Assembly (NCBI RefSeq): GCF_022539665.2
Contig: NC_081331.1
Span: forward strand, 4,526,001 to 4,590,000
Source: Daphnia carinata
Lineage: Eukaryota
Direction: 5' to 3'
Length of the DNA stretch: 64,000 bases
This document shows, piece after piece, positions 19,101 to 32,300 of this stretch; position 1 is the first letter of the stretch, and each line of letters starts with the position of its first letter. The translations under genes were made by a program, and so were the position numbers. The notes beneath the pieces were generated by a model that did not search any database, had not been told where the DNA came from, and saw only the letters and a program-made list of their open reading frames with translations.

Positions 19101-22100
19101 GAAAAAAAAAAAAAAAAAAAAAAAAAAAGACAATCAAGATGGTTTCGTCTCACTAGAACAAAAAAGGGCTTCATTTCTTCACCGATACGTTTTGATTAGC
19201 GCGAAAAGAGAATGTCGTCACCGCATCAACGCGACGGCAGCCAACAGCCTGCCGTCAGAAGTGGAAAACCAGTTGCTAATTCGCGCATTTCTTATTTTTG
19301 CCGTCTTGATTGGTCGCAAATCACGCAACAAAAGAAATACATTAGAAGGCTGATGGAGACCAATCGAGTAAATCATTGCGTTTTCAAAGGAGAGAAAGAG
19401 AAAAGACCTTACGGTTGCCTTGGCAACGGGGCTCATTCCTACATATACCTGGAGTGGACAAAAGTTAGTCTAATAAGACCGCCTGCCCTTGCCTTTCACT
19501 ACTTATACCACTCAATTCAGCTCGACAACAAGATGAATCAAGACTGTATGCTAAATAGTATTATTCAAAAGACACGCACAAAACAAAAAATAATAATAAA
19601 AAACAGTCCAGCAGACAATTGGTTCATTCTTTTAGAACAGTCACGATTCAGAATTGAATTCCAAATGTAAACTGTAGATGACTTGCCACTTCAACTGTGG
19701 CCGATTTCGTCATCCAGAAAAAGTTAGCGGGAATGCAATAACGTCATACGAGATAACACGTAAGAGAGGGACGGGTGTTTAGATCATAGAGGGCCTCTTT
19801 CTTTTCTTTTTTTTTTTGCAAAGCATTTAAAAACAAGATAGTACAAAAAGAGGCATATCAGCAAAAAGATTGAATTATTTTTTTCAATTTCCACTTGCTA
19901 GATGACAAAGTTCACGGCCTTTTTTTTTCAAGCTGGTTTTTACCATCAAGTTCAACTAAAGTCAAAGGGCAGCAGATCGAAATGGAGCGTGACTGGCCGA
20001 CACAATCCTCGCAGAAAGATTGGCGCGTACAAACACGTGACCCGATAGACAGGCTAAGCAAACAACAAAACGAACGAAAAATACGAGCCTAAAAATTGAC
20101 AAGGACCGAACAAGATAAGAATGTCGTCAACACCCCCTGATGGTGGTCCCATAACCAGTGGATTACATTTGTAGTCGCAGCGTGTTGTGCATTCTGTTAT
20201 CCCAGTTCGAACTGATATTACGTCACTGCAGATTTACTCCGCAGATAACCATCTGGATAACACGCTCTTATTATTTCTTTTTCTCTATTGTTTTTATTAA
20301 GGTTGGCCCCCCCCTCCCTATCGCAACGGCTCCGTTTACGAGCCATAGGCAAAAGCGATAAACGCCATCTAGTAAACAAAATCATTTATAGGTAGTCCTC
20401 CACGCGACCGTTAGATGGCGAAACGCTTAGACACATATTTTACGTACACAATTTCGCCTACTCGATTCTTTTTCCTTTTGCCTAAATTTTGGCTGGTTCA
20501 AATTGCCATCGTCAAAGGAATATGCAAATCGACCGTATACTGCCGACCACCTCTTCCATCTTCATCTCTGTGGCCTTCTCTGAGAGGAGGAGACTGGTAA
20601 AGATCGTGGCCATCAGATCGACGTCAGCATCGAATAAAAAAGAAGGAAGCCCTCAACAAAGAAATAATAAAAAAGAAAAGAAAAAAAAAAACCTTGGCAA
20701 ACTGTTGGAGAGGGATGGTATGATCTGAACGATCAACCGCGTATGACGTCATTCGCCCTTCGCCACGGCGGCGGTAGTGTCTACAGTCGATCCGCCTGGA
20801 CAGCTCTCGCTCTCTCTCTCTTGCTCGCTCTCTCTCTCCTTACTGTTTTCTTTCCCGCCGGTTTCACGCGGTTTTGACCTTGCGTTTTCACGAACATTTG
20901 TACGTCGAATAAAAAAAAAAAATCAAACATTTTTCTTTCTTCCCATAGTTTACTAACGGCTGTACTCGGCGCACTAGCGACTGAACGATTTATAGTTACG
21001 ACATTTGGAAAGATACAGAAGAGAGATGTCATAAAAAGAAAATCTATCCATTTGAATAAGAAGAAAACGAAAAAGAAGAAAAAGCAGAAGCAGAAGAAGA
21101 AGAAGAAGCAGAAGAAAAAAACCTGCTGCATTTATGCTGCCTTTAACTTTCTTGCTGTGTTGGCTGCCGACACAGTTCAACGTCCCTTCGACCGTTCGTC
21201 GGGACCGAAAGCGGAGAACCTAGTTGGTGCGTGTTGTTGTTCTTTGATAATCAGTAGCGGACCAAGAGGGCGCGCGTAAAAATCAAAAAAATAAATTTTA
21301 ATACAAAATTAGTGGAAAAAAAAAAAGGAACTCCTTCAGTCAGCTACTTAGCTCTCACTCTCTCGCTCTTCTGACGGGCTAAACAACAACAGACAGAGAG
21401 AGGCTCCTCCTGATGCCTGTGGGTAAAATCAACGTAACACAGCTGCTGGACTTTTTTTTTTTTTTTTCTAGACACACGAACCTGATTGACAACATTCGTG
21501 TTGCGGACATTGTGTAGATCGTGAAAACAAAAAAAAAACGAACGCTTTTTCGCAAAACAAAACAAAACAAAAAAAAATAGAATACACAATCCATTTCACG
21601 TGAGGAGAAGAAGAAACAAAACCTGTACTCATCTAGTAGCTCACACGCATTATCTATTTTTATTATTATTATTATTATTATTGAAAGAAAAAAAAAAAGA
21701 TTGTGGCACTTGGCATTCCCCCCCCCCCTTTTCTATTTAACATTGTGTCCGTTCCCAAATAACCTGACAACGGTCGGACAAAACTCAAGGTATAAATCGA
21801 CCAAGTAAAGAATGGCAATGGCCCTTAAAAAGAGACGAGACCTTTTTTTTTTTTTTTTCCTCTCTGGGTCTCAACCAAGCCACACATCTGGACTTATCTC
21901 GATTGCAATCAAGCGAATAACCTCTCTTTTCTTTCTCTCTATCCTCCGACATGGAATTTTATAATAGAAGGAAAAAGAGAGAGAGAGAGAGAGAGAGAAA
22001 AAAAAAGAAGAAGTAGACGTGGGGGCCCCCCGACCATTATCTTTCGAATGCAGTGAAAGAGAGACAGAAAAGAACTCAGTTGTGGCCACTATTGCATTCC

Positions 22101-23353
22101 GAAAAGCTTTTCGGTTTCTTTTTCTCTTTTTTCACTCGACAGCAATAGAGGAAAGAAATAGATAAAACTGGTTAGATTCGTTCTTTTTTTTTCTTTCCCC
22201 TAGCACCCACCTTGTTTCTCTTTTGTTTCTATTCTGATCAATTTTAATGAGCCAAAGTAATACTCGTCTAGTAGTATGGCAACAATCGACTAATGAGGGC
22301 ATCAAAACAACTAAAAAAAGAGAATTCTTTTTTTTTTTTCGAGGGTTGAAAAAAAAATATTAGAAAAGCAAAACTAGCTGCTTCAGGTTTTTTTTTTTTT
22401 TTTTTTTTACTTAACTTGCGAGTTGAAGCCATCACTCATTCATTAGGACAAAGTCAAGTAACGTTGGGAACAGCAAAAACCAAATATTTCCACCGATTTA
22501 CGTGTTTCATAAAACGTCAGGTAAAAAGAAAAAAAATAAACAAAAAAAAAACGTGAGAACCAAAAATCAGTTTCATTAATTAACGCGACCCACCGTAAAT
22601 GAAAACTGGACAGGCCATGGAAAAGTTTATCTCTAAATTCACTTAATGATTATGACTTTATATGCACAACAGGGTGAGGGAGGATGGCCTTTCTGATAAA
22701 AAAGAATTGATCCTTTTATCAACATCAAATGTCACTAAGTATGTCTAAAAGTTTTTATTTTCCCGACGTGGTGCAACTCAAGTCTCACAATCACACGGAA
22801 TCACAACCTCCGCCCCCCTTGAAAAACACAACAAGAAAAACAATTTTTTGAAGGAGAGAGAGAGAGAGAGAGAGATTATCTACGCACTACACCGTTTCAG
22901 CCAATTAGACGCCACAAGAGACGACCGAAGCACCAAACAAACGCGGCCACACACGCACGCACACTAAGTATTGTTTCTTTCACATTTCTTTTACAAACGA
23001 TCAGAGTCGTTAAAATAAAAAAAACAACAGGCAAACCGAAAGTAGTTTCGGAACTTGTCGCTTTATTCCCTGAACATGCCTCATTCCCAGAGAAGTAAAA
23101 GAAAAAATAATAATAATAGCATAAAAAGAGTCAGAGAAAAAGAAAAAGGCAAACGACATTTAACGACACACGAGTTGCCCAGCAACCGAAATTGTCCGTG
23201 CGTTCTAGTACCATTCCAAAGGTCCACCGCTAAATGACAAGCCCTCCCCTCCCTGTCCATCCATCGAAAAACACCTTGTCATATAGAAGAAAGTGATTAC
23301 GTCCGTAATCATCGTATTACGCAGACATTCTTCTTTACCTCCACAGCTCTACG

Positions 23354-23356
<3 letters not shown>

Positions 23357-23425
<69 letters not shown>
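23357..23425. repeat. (AC)n microsatellite, ~34 units
   Basis: Read directly from the sequence. Confidence 0.95.
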
Positions 23426-23426
<1 letters not shown>

Positions 23427-26400
23427 CCCGATAACCTAACAAAGGAAACCAAGGTTGCACGTGATCAACAAACGAGGGAAAACAGTATTTTTTGTTTTTT
23501 ATGGTATTCACTTGATTTCTTCCCCCCCCTCTCCTACTCACGATGAAAAAAAAAAGTAAAACCGCAACAACATAACGGCTGAGAAATACAAATTCACTAG
23601 ACCGATTATTGTTTGATATTTTATCGAGCCATGGAAGAATGAGGAAGAAGAGGGTCATCGGGTATAATACTAATAGCCGCCTCCATGTAGTGAGTATTCT
23701 ACTCACGCCATTGACTGTAGAATTTTACTAACGAAAAAAAAGAAGAGCTCGTGCGGGAAAATCAATTTTTAATGTGAATTCAAATAGAAATTAAACGTTG
23801 AAAAAAAAAAAAAGAAAGAAAAATGGCGCCACCTATGAGGGAGGAAAAACGATCAAGACAGAAGGGAGGCGCCATCGTACCTGGCCATTATACAGGTTAT
23901 ACTGGGAGGGACGTGACATGTTGGGCACGCACTTTAAATCACTCGCACGGATACGCTGTGAAACAGAGACGAAGATGCAGCACTGAGGATCGGCAAACAC
24001 AAATTATCGATTTCTATCCCATTGAGGGAAACACACACACACAAAGTCAGGGCGGCTTCTTTCAGTTCCTTTTTGAAATCAAGAGACACGTTACACGGTT
24101 GCGCAAAAAAAGAAAAAACTCTTTCTCTCTCTCTCTCTCTCACACACACTCAGGTTATCTTCGCAAGAAATGGCGACATTTTTTTTTTCTTTTTTTCCTA
24201 CTAAACTTGTACAATTCGACCCTTTTTCTTCGGGTGTGTGTGTGTGTGTGCTTTTTTGTTCTCTGGCAGAACAAGAAAACCAGTCAACTGAATCGTTTCG
24301 TTTTATCAAGTGTAGACGGCCATGACGCTAAAACATAGAGAGTCCATCAGTGTGTAATGGCCAATGACTTGAGTCTAGCATTTTATTTACGACGAATTCG
24401 TGTAGTACGTTACTGTGCAATAGCGAAACGTGCACACCGATGAGGGGACACCCGACTCTCTTTCAATTGTTTACTAGGTAAAAAAAAATTTAGACGAAAA
24501 CCAGTTCTAACAATAGGTTCAAATTGTTCGACCGTAACACTATAATCCTTTACGAAATTAAATGAGGGTACAATTTTTACTCGAAAAAAAAAAAAGAAAG
24601 ATGTTTATCAGTTCCCACTGTAGGTGGATATTCTTGCCATATTATAGATTGTAGGTGTGCACATTGTTGAGAGGTGGAAGGGGTCCCCCCCCCCAACAAA
24701 AAGAGTGGGGGGGGTTCAATTGAACGGAAAAGATGGAAGACATTCTTTTTAACAAAACCATTTTTTTTCTTTCTTAATACATAAAAAGAAACTCGCATAA
24801 ATAGTAACCCTTTCCTTCCCCCCTCCCCCCTACCTTACTCTCAACCCTTACACCTCTTCGGAAGACCAAAGTTAAAAACAACTTTTTTTTGGGGGGGGGG
24901 GGGGGTGTGCAAAAAACAGACCCCGTAGGGTAGAGGACCGCCATTTTTTTCCGGAAAAAAATTTCAATAATAGACGCTTATTTATTTTTGTAAAAGAAAA
25001 TGTGGGAGGGGGGGGGGGTGGAGGTAAGAAAAAATAAAATAAAAAGGGGTGTGGGTTTTTTTTGTACGGGTTGAACAGGCCCCAAGAAATGGAAAGTTCA
25101 TATAACACCCTAGTTCAAGGTCGTTTGAATAACTCACCTACCCTCCTGGCTTTTGCATATTCATTTTTCCGCGAAATGTATTTTTAAGAAATGCTTCTTT
25201 TCCGAAATAAATCAACCCCTGCGCACCACTGTAAGGCAACTCATTACTGATTGCTCCATGTCTTCTACAATGTTTCCCAAAGGCATCAAAAGAGTGCAAC
25301 TGGACTTGCTATATTTGAAAAAGGAAAAAAAAAAGAAACACGAAATCATTTTTGTGTTGCCTTTTTTGCCTGAATTTTGCTGATGGGTCTGGCCACTCGA
25401 GGAAGGGGGGTGGGTCATTAGCATATCGATTACCAATGGTGTATGTATGTGAGGATCCCCCGTTTCAGCAAGTTCAAACTGCAATTGCAACACAAGAAGA
25501 AGAGCTTTTCTTTTCGCCCGGGGGCTTTAGACTTTCGAATACAAGGAACACACACACACACACACGCAATGCAAGTCTTTCTTGACAATGTCCGGCGAAC
25601 ACGATTCACGCTCCACAATATTGTCGGTACCGTACCTCGTCACCCCGGCAACTGCCACACAATCCCGAATGACTTAACACAACAAAGTCAAGGTCGACCA
25701 GATATTGTAGTGTTGCTTAGACAAATGAAAAGATTCCAAGAAATGTTCGTTTTTGTGGGCTTCATAATCATCTTTCCATCTTGAGAGACGATTGAAATAA
25801 AAAGTGGCCTAACCGGACTAACAATACTAGCCTTGATTCGTTAACATTTTAAGAGAGAAACACACATACTCAAAATCATGAGTTTAACATGTGCTTCCCA
25901 GCATTTAAAACGAAAAGCCGAGATTTTATACGCACACAGACACACACCTGCTGGTTTATCCGATGAACAATAACGACTTGCGTGAGATTTAACCATCCCC
26001 AATAAAAATCAACGTCCCAAAAGATTGGGAAAATGTGTGCTGGTCAACGGACCAACTTCACGTTACACCTCGATACCCTCGTGCAAATGTACAATTCGAC
26101 TTCGTGAATGAACGAAAAGTAAAAAACACTTACCTTATTCGACAGACGACTGTGAAACAACACGCACTCCAAAGTGTTGGGGGGTAACAAAAAAAACAAA
26201 AGTAAACAGCACTGTGTGTGTACGTTGTTTCGTACGATTAACCACAGCCCCGAATGGACACTGGAGAAATGTGCACGCACAACCCTCTTCTCAGATCCCT
26301 CTACAGCAAGTGCCAGAGACGTCCATTATGGGCCACTGTCTGGCTGCCGCGGTGGCGCTACTATCGTTTCTTGCCGAAAGGAAATCACGATAAAAATTTT

Positions 26401-26613
26401 TTGTTGTACGATTTTTTTTTCAAAACTTCCACTTGATTTCGCACCGTATCAAATTTTGCAAGTGAATCGTTTTTCATCCATTTGAACTGTTTTATTACAT
26501 TTTGTCGGACTGCATTGCTAATGTTATAAAGTTAGGGCTGCCATCTATCACTGTCACAGGAAGTTTCCGACGTTTATTTACCTCCGTGAGCAGTTTCACA
26601 CGTGTCCGAAAAA

Positions 26614-28384
26614 ATGACTCTGTTGATGAAAAATTTGCGAATTTTCGCCAATCAATGTCGCAATTGCACAACAAAATCGGCCCCCAATATAGAGGTTTTA
26701 ATACGTTGGACTTCTTATCTCTCACCGTTTGGCTATAATTATTACAATATGAATTGAAACAGTTTACCGCCTCTTCGGTTAATATTGATGGCCGAAAGTT
26801 CAACCGAGACAAGTGGACAAATGTGACACCTAATATTTTGAAGCATCTCAATAGGAACTTGCACTTGAAACCTGGACACCCTTTGTGTCTCCTGAGAGAG
26901 AACATAATTTCATTCATGTACAAATCATTTCCAAACCGTGCTGGCAATCCAATATTCTCTATTTATGACCGTTTGGATCCAATTGTTACAACAAAGAAAA
27001 ATTTTGACAGGTTTGGTACTGTCTATTTTCACAGATTTCAACTTGAAATTTATAATGCACATCATGTTTCAGTTTGCTGATTGGTCAGGACCACCCCAGT
27101 CGAAAGCCTTCAGATTGCTACTACCTGAATAAGGATTTCATATTGAGAGGCCACACCAGCGCCCACCAAGAAGAGCTCATTGCCAGTGGCTTGGACAGCT
27201 TTGTTGTCATGGGGGATGTCTACAGGAGAGATGAAATTGACGCCTCACATTTTCCAATCTTCCACCAAGCTGAAGGTGTTCGACTGTTTACCAAGCATCA
27301 AGTATTATTGTTCAATAGCAAGTGGGAAAATAAAATAATACCTATTCATTTTTCCAAAGATTTTTGATGATGATAAGCAAAGTGTAGAACTATTTGAAGA
27401 TGGGAAGCGAACCCCTTTTAAACAAGAATACCACACAGAAATTACGTCCAAAAAACTCCAGCATGATCTGAAAACCTGTCTGACCAAATTGGTACATCAC
27501 CTATTTGGCACTGGTATGTAATTCTTAGTAATATACTTTGCTGTTGATTAAAATTTAAATGTCCTTGTCTTCTCTGGACAGATGTTGAGACTAGGTGGAC
27601 TGAAACATATTTCCCATTCACCCATCCATCATTTGAACTGGAAGTCAAATTCCAAGATAAATGGTTGGAATTGCTCGGGTGCGGGGTGATTGAGCAACAG
27701 ATTCTTTACAACGGTATTCAATTTCGTCATTTGATTTCTCGTTACTATGAACTGGTTTCATAAATCAATTGGTCATGAATTCTGCTTCATTTTAAAGCTG
27801 GTGTTCCTGACAAGGTCGGATGGGCTTTTGGTCTCGGATTAGAACGCATCGCTATGCGTTTGTACGAAATACCCGACATACGCCTGTTCTGGTCCAACGA
27901 TTCCGGATTTTTGTCGCAGTTTGAAGGTGCTAGTCCCGATAAGAAAATTAAATTCAAGGTATAAGGGTTTAAATTATATATTCTTTCAAAAAAAAAAATA
28001 AACATGTTTTCTATTTCTTACTTTCAACTAGTCGGTTAGTCAATATCCCCAGTGTTTCAATGACGTCAGCTTTTGGCTACCTGAGGGGGACATCAACCCA
28101 AGCGATCTTTACGAAATTGTTCGTGGCATAGGAGGCGACATTGTTGAGCAAGTATAACTTTGAAAATGTCTTTGTCAGCACCTTGCGAAATATCTTTAAC
28201 GTTGTCATCTTAAAAGGTTCGACTAGTCGACGAATTCGTTCATCCGAAGACGCAGCGACGTAGTCAGTGCTATCGCATTATCTACCGCCACATGGAACGC
28301 ACTCTTACTCAGGCAGAAGTCAACGAGGTGCACAAACGAATTGAAGCCCAGCTCACCACTGAATTGGGTGTAACCATACGTTAA
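26614..28384 (+). CDS. FARS2: Mitochondrial phenylalanyl-tRNA synthetase (monomeric PheRS with C-terminal anticodon-binding domain), 430 aa
   Basis: Exons 26614-26694, 26763-27010, 27073-27301, 27360-27513, 27582-27713, 27798-27958, 28032-28151, 28217-28384; GT-AG introns of 58-84 nt; total 1293 nt. Motifs: [106 protein letters not shown]. The N-terminus [18 protein letters not shown] resembles a mitochondrial targeting peptide. Confidence 0.95.
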
Positions 28385-28471
28385 CATACCTGGTGCGTGT
28401 ACATAAATAGTCACAACCTGTGGAAAAGCTGTTGACGAGAAATCTATTTATTAGTTTTGGCGATGTATTGA

Positions 28472-28477
28472 AATAAA
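28472..28477 (+). terminator. Probable polyadenylation signal AATAAA of FARS2
   Basis: First AATAAA, ~90 nt after the stop codon. Confidence 0.55.
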
Positions 28478-29314
28478 CATTTCAGCGTAGACCAAGCTTT
28501 ATACAGGCATTTTTTTTTTTAAAGGGATCATTCCAGTTAAAGAAAGATAAAATAATACAAAAAAAAAAGTTTTAGTGTGGGGACACTCTTGTCAAACGGA
28601 AAAACAATTCACTGGACACTGTATATGTTTGTATGTTTTTTAGTCCGTCTAAACATGATTAAAAAATTGGTCCAGCCAAAGGTTAGTTGTTAGAAACTTT
28701 TTTTGTTCTCCTCAGCTAAATAGAATTTGGGGGGGGAGAGGGAAAAGAGGAGAAGATATTTTTTTTACTTCAACATTTTCCTCTGTGGTTGCCATATTTT
28801 TGGTGATTGAAAGTGTCACCGGATCACGCCTAAACATTTAAGTATGCATATGAACAGATAAAAGATATAGAATGTTTGTTAATTAAAAACATTTGAAACA
28901 TGTTTCCTTCTTTTTCTATAAAAAAAAAGGCACCAAATAGAATTTTTCTTCACTCACAATCAATGAAGTACAAATAAATGAATAAAAAAGGGGAATACGG
29001 AAAAATGTTTGGTGTTGGTCGATATTATAACAATGCAAAAGAAAAAAGAAAAAAATCTTTCCCGGCAGTTGAGCAAACACATCTTTTGCTTTCATTTTTT
29101 TTCTTCAGCAAGAAATGAAACAAAAAGCAGGGAAAAAAACCGAAGAAATTCATAAAAAACCCAATCGTCAACTATGTACTTGAATCGCTCTTCCTTTCGT
29201 GCGACCTGCTGGGTTGTTACATAAATTTAAGAGCTCTGGTATTCGCTCGCGAGAGAAAGAAAAACAATTTTTAATTCAAGAGTTTCTGGCTACGATCATC
29301 GCACACGTAGTGGT

Positions 29315-32300
29315 TTACAAAGAATCAAAGTTGGAGTTGTCACTCTCCTGAAAATAAAACAAATGGAAAATAAATAAAAATATTTAACGATACGAAGAAA
29401 ACAAACTAAGATTTTTCTAAAGAAATAAAGCGGGTATTAACAACAATAAGCGGTTAGGTACACCCAAAAGCCCAAATAATTCATCAACCTTGATGATTGT
29501 TACAAAATACCATCTACTTTGTGTTACTTGTAGAAAACTACACGAAAATAATAATAATAAAAAAGGACAGCTTTTAGAAGAGCCCCGTTTGAATAGGGGA
29601 CTTACTCGGAAGGGGATTGTAGAGTTTCGGACGGGTAATGGTGAACGGTTGGGGAAAAGAAAGCAACTGTTGAACCAGTGTTTTTTGATCACGTAACACC
29701 GTGTCACGGGCACCAGCCGGATACCTGCCTGACATGCCATCAGATTCCATAGCCGCAGCCTTGATACGCATTATATAGTATCACAAAAGAGTTTTTTTTT
29801 TGTGTGTGTCTTTTGAATTTGTTCGAAGCGCGTTAATGTTTTCATTCTCGAAAGTTAATTAAGAGATAGAGAAAACGAAGGAATGCAATCAAAATGCATC
29901 TCGTGAAGATGAATGCTTAAATTCACTCACGAAAGACATTTTGATTGCTGACAAAACAAGTCATGCAATAAATATAATATGTTCGGAAATATCATGCAGC
30001 ATGCTTAGTTAAATGATTTAAGACAAATTCAACCAATTTTTTAAGAAAATAAACTAAAAGGGCATATGACTTACATCGCTTTGGTAATATTGGGCAGGTC
30101 GTCTCGTTGCCGGGTGGATGGTCGTTTCATCGAATGATCGAACTTCCGATACGGTCCTGTACAAATTATTAAAACACATTTTTTGTTTAATATTATTCAT
30201 TGTGATTAGATATTAAAATAGTGACTAATGGATAGGACTATATAAGTGAAGTGCCGAGAGTAATATCAATGAAATTCAAATCATAAAATAAAGAATATTT
30301 CAAGTTAGAAAAGAATCGGTGCAATTTTGGTGCGCCTTACGTTTCTAGCTCAGCTTTTTCCTGTGCGTCCGTTTCCGCAGATTCCATTTTTCCAAGGCTA
30401 ATGGAGAGTTTGCGAAGAAATCAAGAGGACAGAGAGAAAATTGAAGAGATGCAGAAAAATAAAACAAACAAACAAAAGAACGTGGAATAAGTGAAAGTGG
30501 AAAAGAAGAACAAATCAAAACCTCACGTGATTTCAAGTGCAGACCCCAAAGCCAAAAAAAAAAAAAAAAAAATGTAATATATGAAAGTTAAGAAATTTTA
30601 CCTGTCGCGGAATTGTGAGGTGCTGCTGACTGAAGTTCTACCGCCGGCCGAGAGGACTTCGCTTGAACGTGTGTCTGTCATTTTACCTAAGCGTTCCAGA
30701 GTGATAAAATAAAATAATTAGAAACGTTTTCTAAAATATCCGATTAATTAAATATGAATTGAGTACCATCCCTATCCGGAAGGACTTTCTTGGGACCCTG
30801 AAAGAAAAAAAAAAAAGCGAAAAATGTTAAATGAAAAACAATTCTTTCTGACGGGGGCAGATGAAAATAACTTACGCGTCCATCAAGATAATCCATCAAT
30901 TGATGTTCTCTGTTTGGTGCTGCTTCGCCTCGCTCGGCTGAGCTGGTGGTGTTTCCGGAAGCCGTGGTAGGGCCGTGCTGGTGCTTGGCTCTAGGGATCA
31001 TTAGTCCCTCTCCGTACGGCCTGTAACTCTGAAGAGCGGGACCTCCAGCCGGTGCACGCGGTGCTGGTTTGCCATCCAACGTGCTTGTTCCCTGTTGCAA
31101 ACACATTATTATAACATTGTTATTTCCGACTAATTAAAAAAAAAAAAAATAAAAATTCAAATCTTACAGTGCCAAAGTTGTCGTTACCACTGCCTTCACT
31201 GCTTGTATCTCCACGAATCATGGCCGCTCTATCGAGAGTGCCACTAGCGGGAACACTCGGACCCCTGTATCTGATTGAAAGTTGGATAACGTTAAAATTG
31301 ACCGTCAAAGTGGCGTTTGAATACCTATGATGCAAATTACAATCAGAAAAAATGACACCCACCTGAGGAAAGAGGGTCCACCAGTGATGGATCCCTTGGC
31401 CCTTCGTGAACGTAAACAGCAAACGACGATGATGGCAGTTATGAGAAGGATCGTGAAGATACCGACTGCCAGGACGACGATCATCACCACTAAATAATTT
31501 CCGCAATTGAGATAAAAGTTCTGCTACAAAATGCAATGAATGAATTTACCCTTCAAATTGATGTGGCATTCTTTGCCGGCAAACCACTTATTGCATATAC
31601 ACGTCATTTCATTTGAAGTGGGTTCAAACACGCAACGTCCGTGACCACTGCATTCTTCGCAATCTTGGCGTTCGGCTGTGATACAAACAAAGAAAAGCCA
31701 TAAGATTTCTGATAAAAACTCAATTAAAGGCGATTTGGTATTTACCAAGACAAATGCGACCATCTTCGTCAGAAGAATCGATAAAACCTGGTCGACATTG
31801 GCAACGGTAAGATCCCTTTTCGTTAATACAATCGGCGAATTCAGAACAATCATGATGACCTTCATGGCTGCACTCGTCAAAGTCTGTAAATCAAAGATAA
31901 TATTGATAAATTGTAAACAGTTACAATTAAATCGTGCTATTTACCTTGAGCTTGAAGACTGTCGGTGAAACGAGCAGCAGTGATGTCGCTCTCGCCGAGG
32001 AAATAATTATTACGTTCCAGGGATTTTACCAGTTTGCTCTTGAGTTCATTCTCGTCTTGTTGTTTGGCCAAATGAATAAAGAAATCGACCAAGACACCAT
32101 CGCTCTGCAATTCGCTTTCGCTGGTTGGATGAATACCCATCACTTGACTGTCGTGAACTGATTCAGACAAATCAGTGCTCATCAAAGCTTGTTTAAGACC
32201 CATTCGCGCATGCGTAGCCAAACTGCGGTACTGCGGCGAAATTTCGTCCTTCAAATTGTTGTCAAAGTGCAACATGGTCCTGTTCATGCTCTCCAGCACC

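Noticed and set aside
7000..26400. Numerous 60-190 aa ORFs rich in K/F/C-V runs
   Set aside because: Translations of poly-A/T tracts and dinucleotide microsatellites; no coding signature.
31490..31549. TAGCAG acceptor at 31524/31521 for the TM exon
   Set aside because: It would need a 26-29 nt intron and the wrong phase; the TTTAG acceptor at 31490 gives a 60-nt intron in the correct phase.
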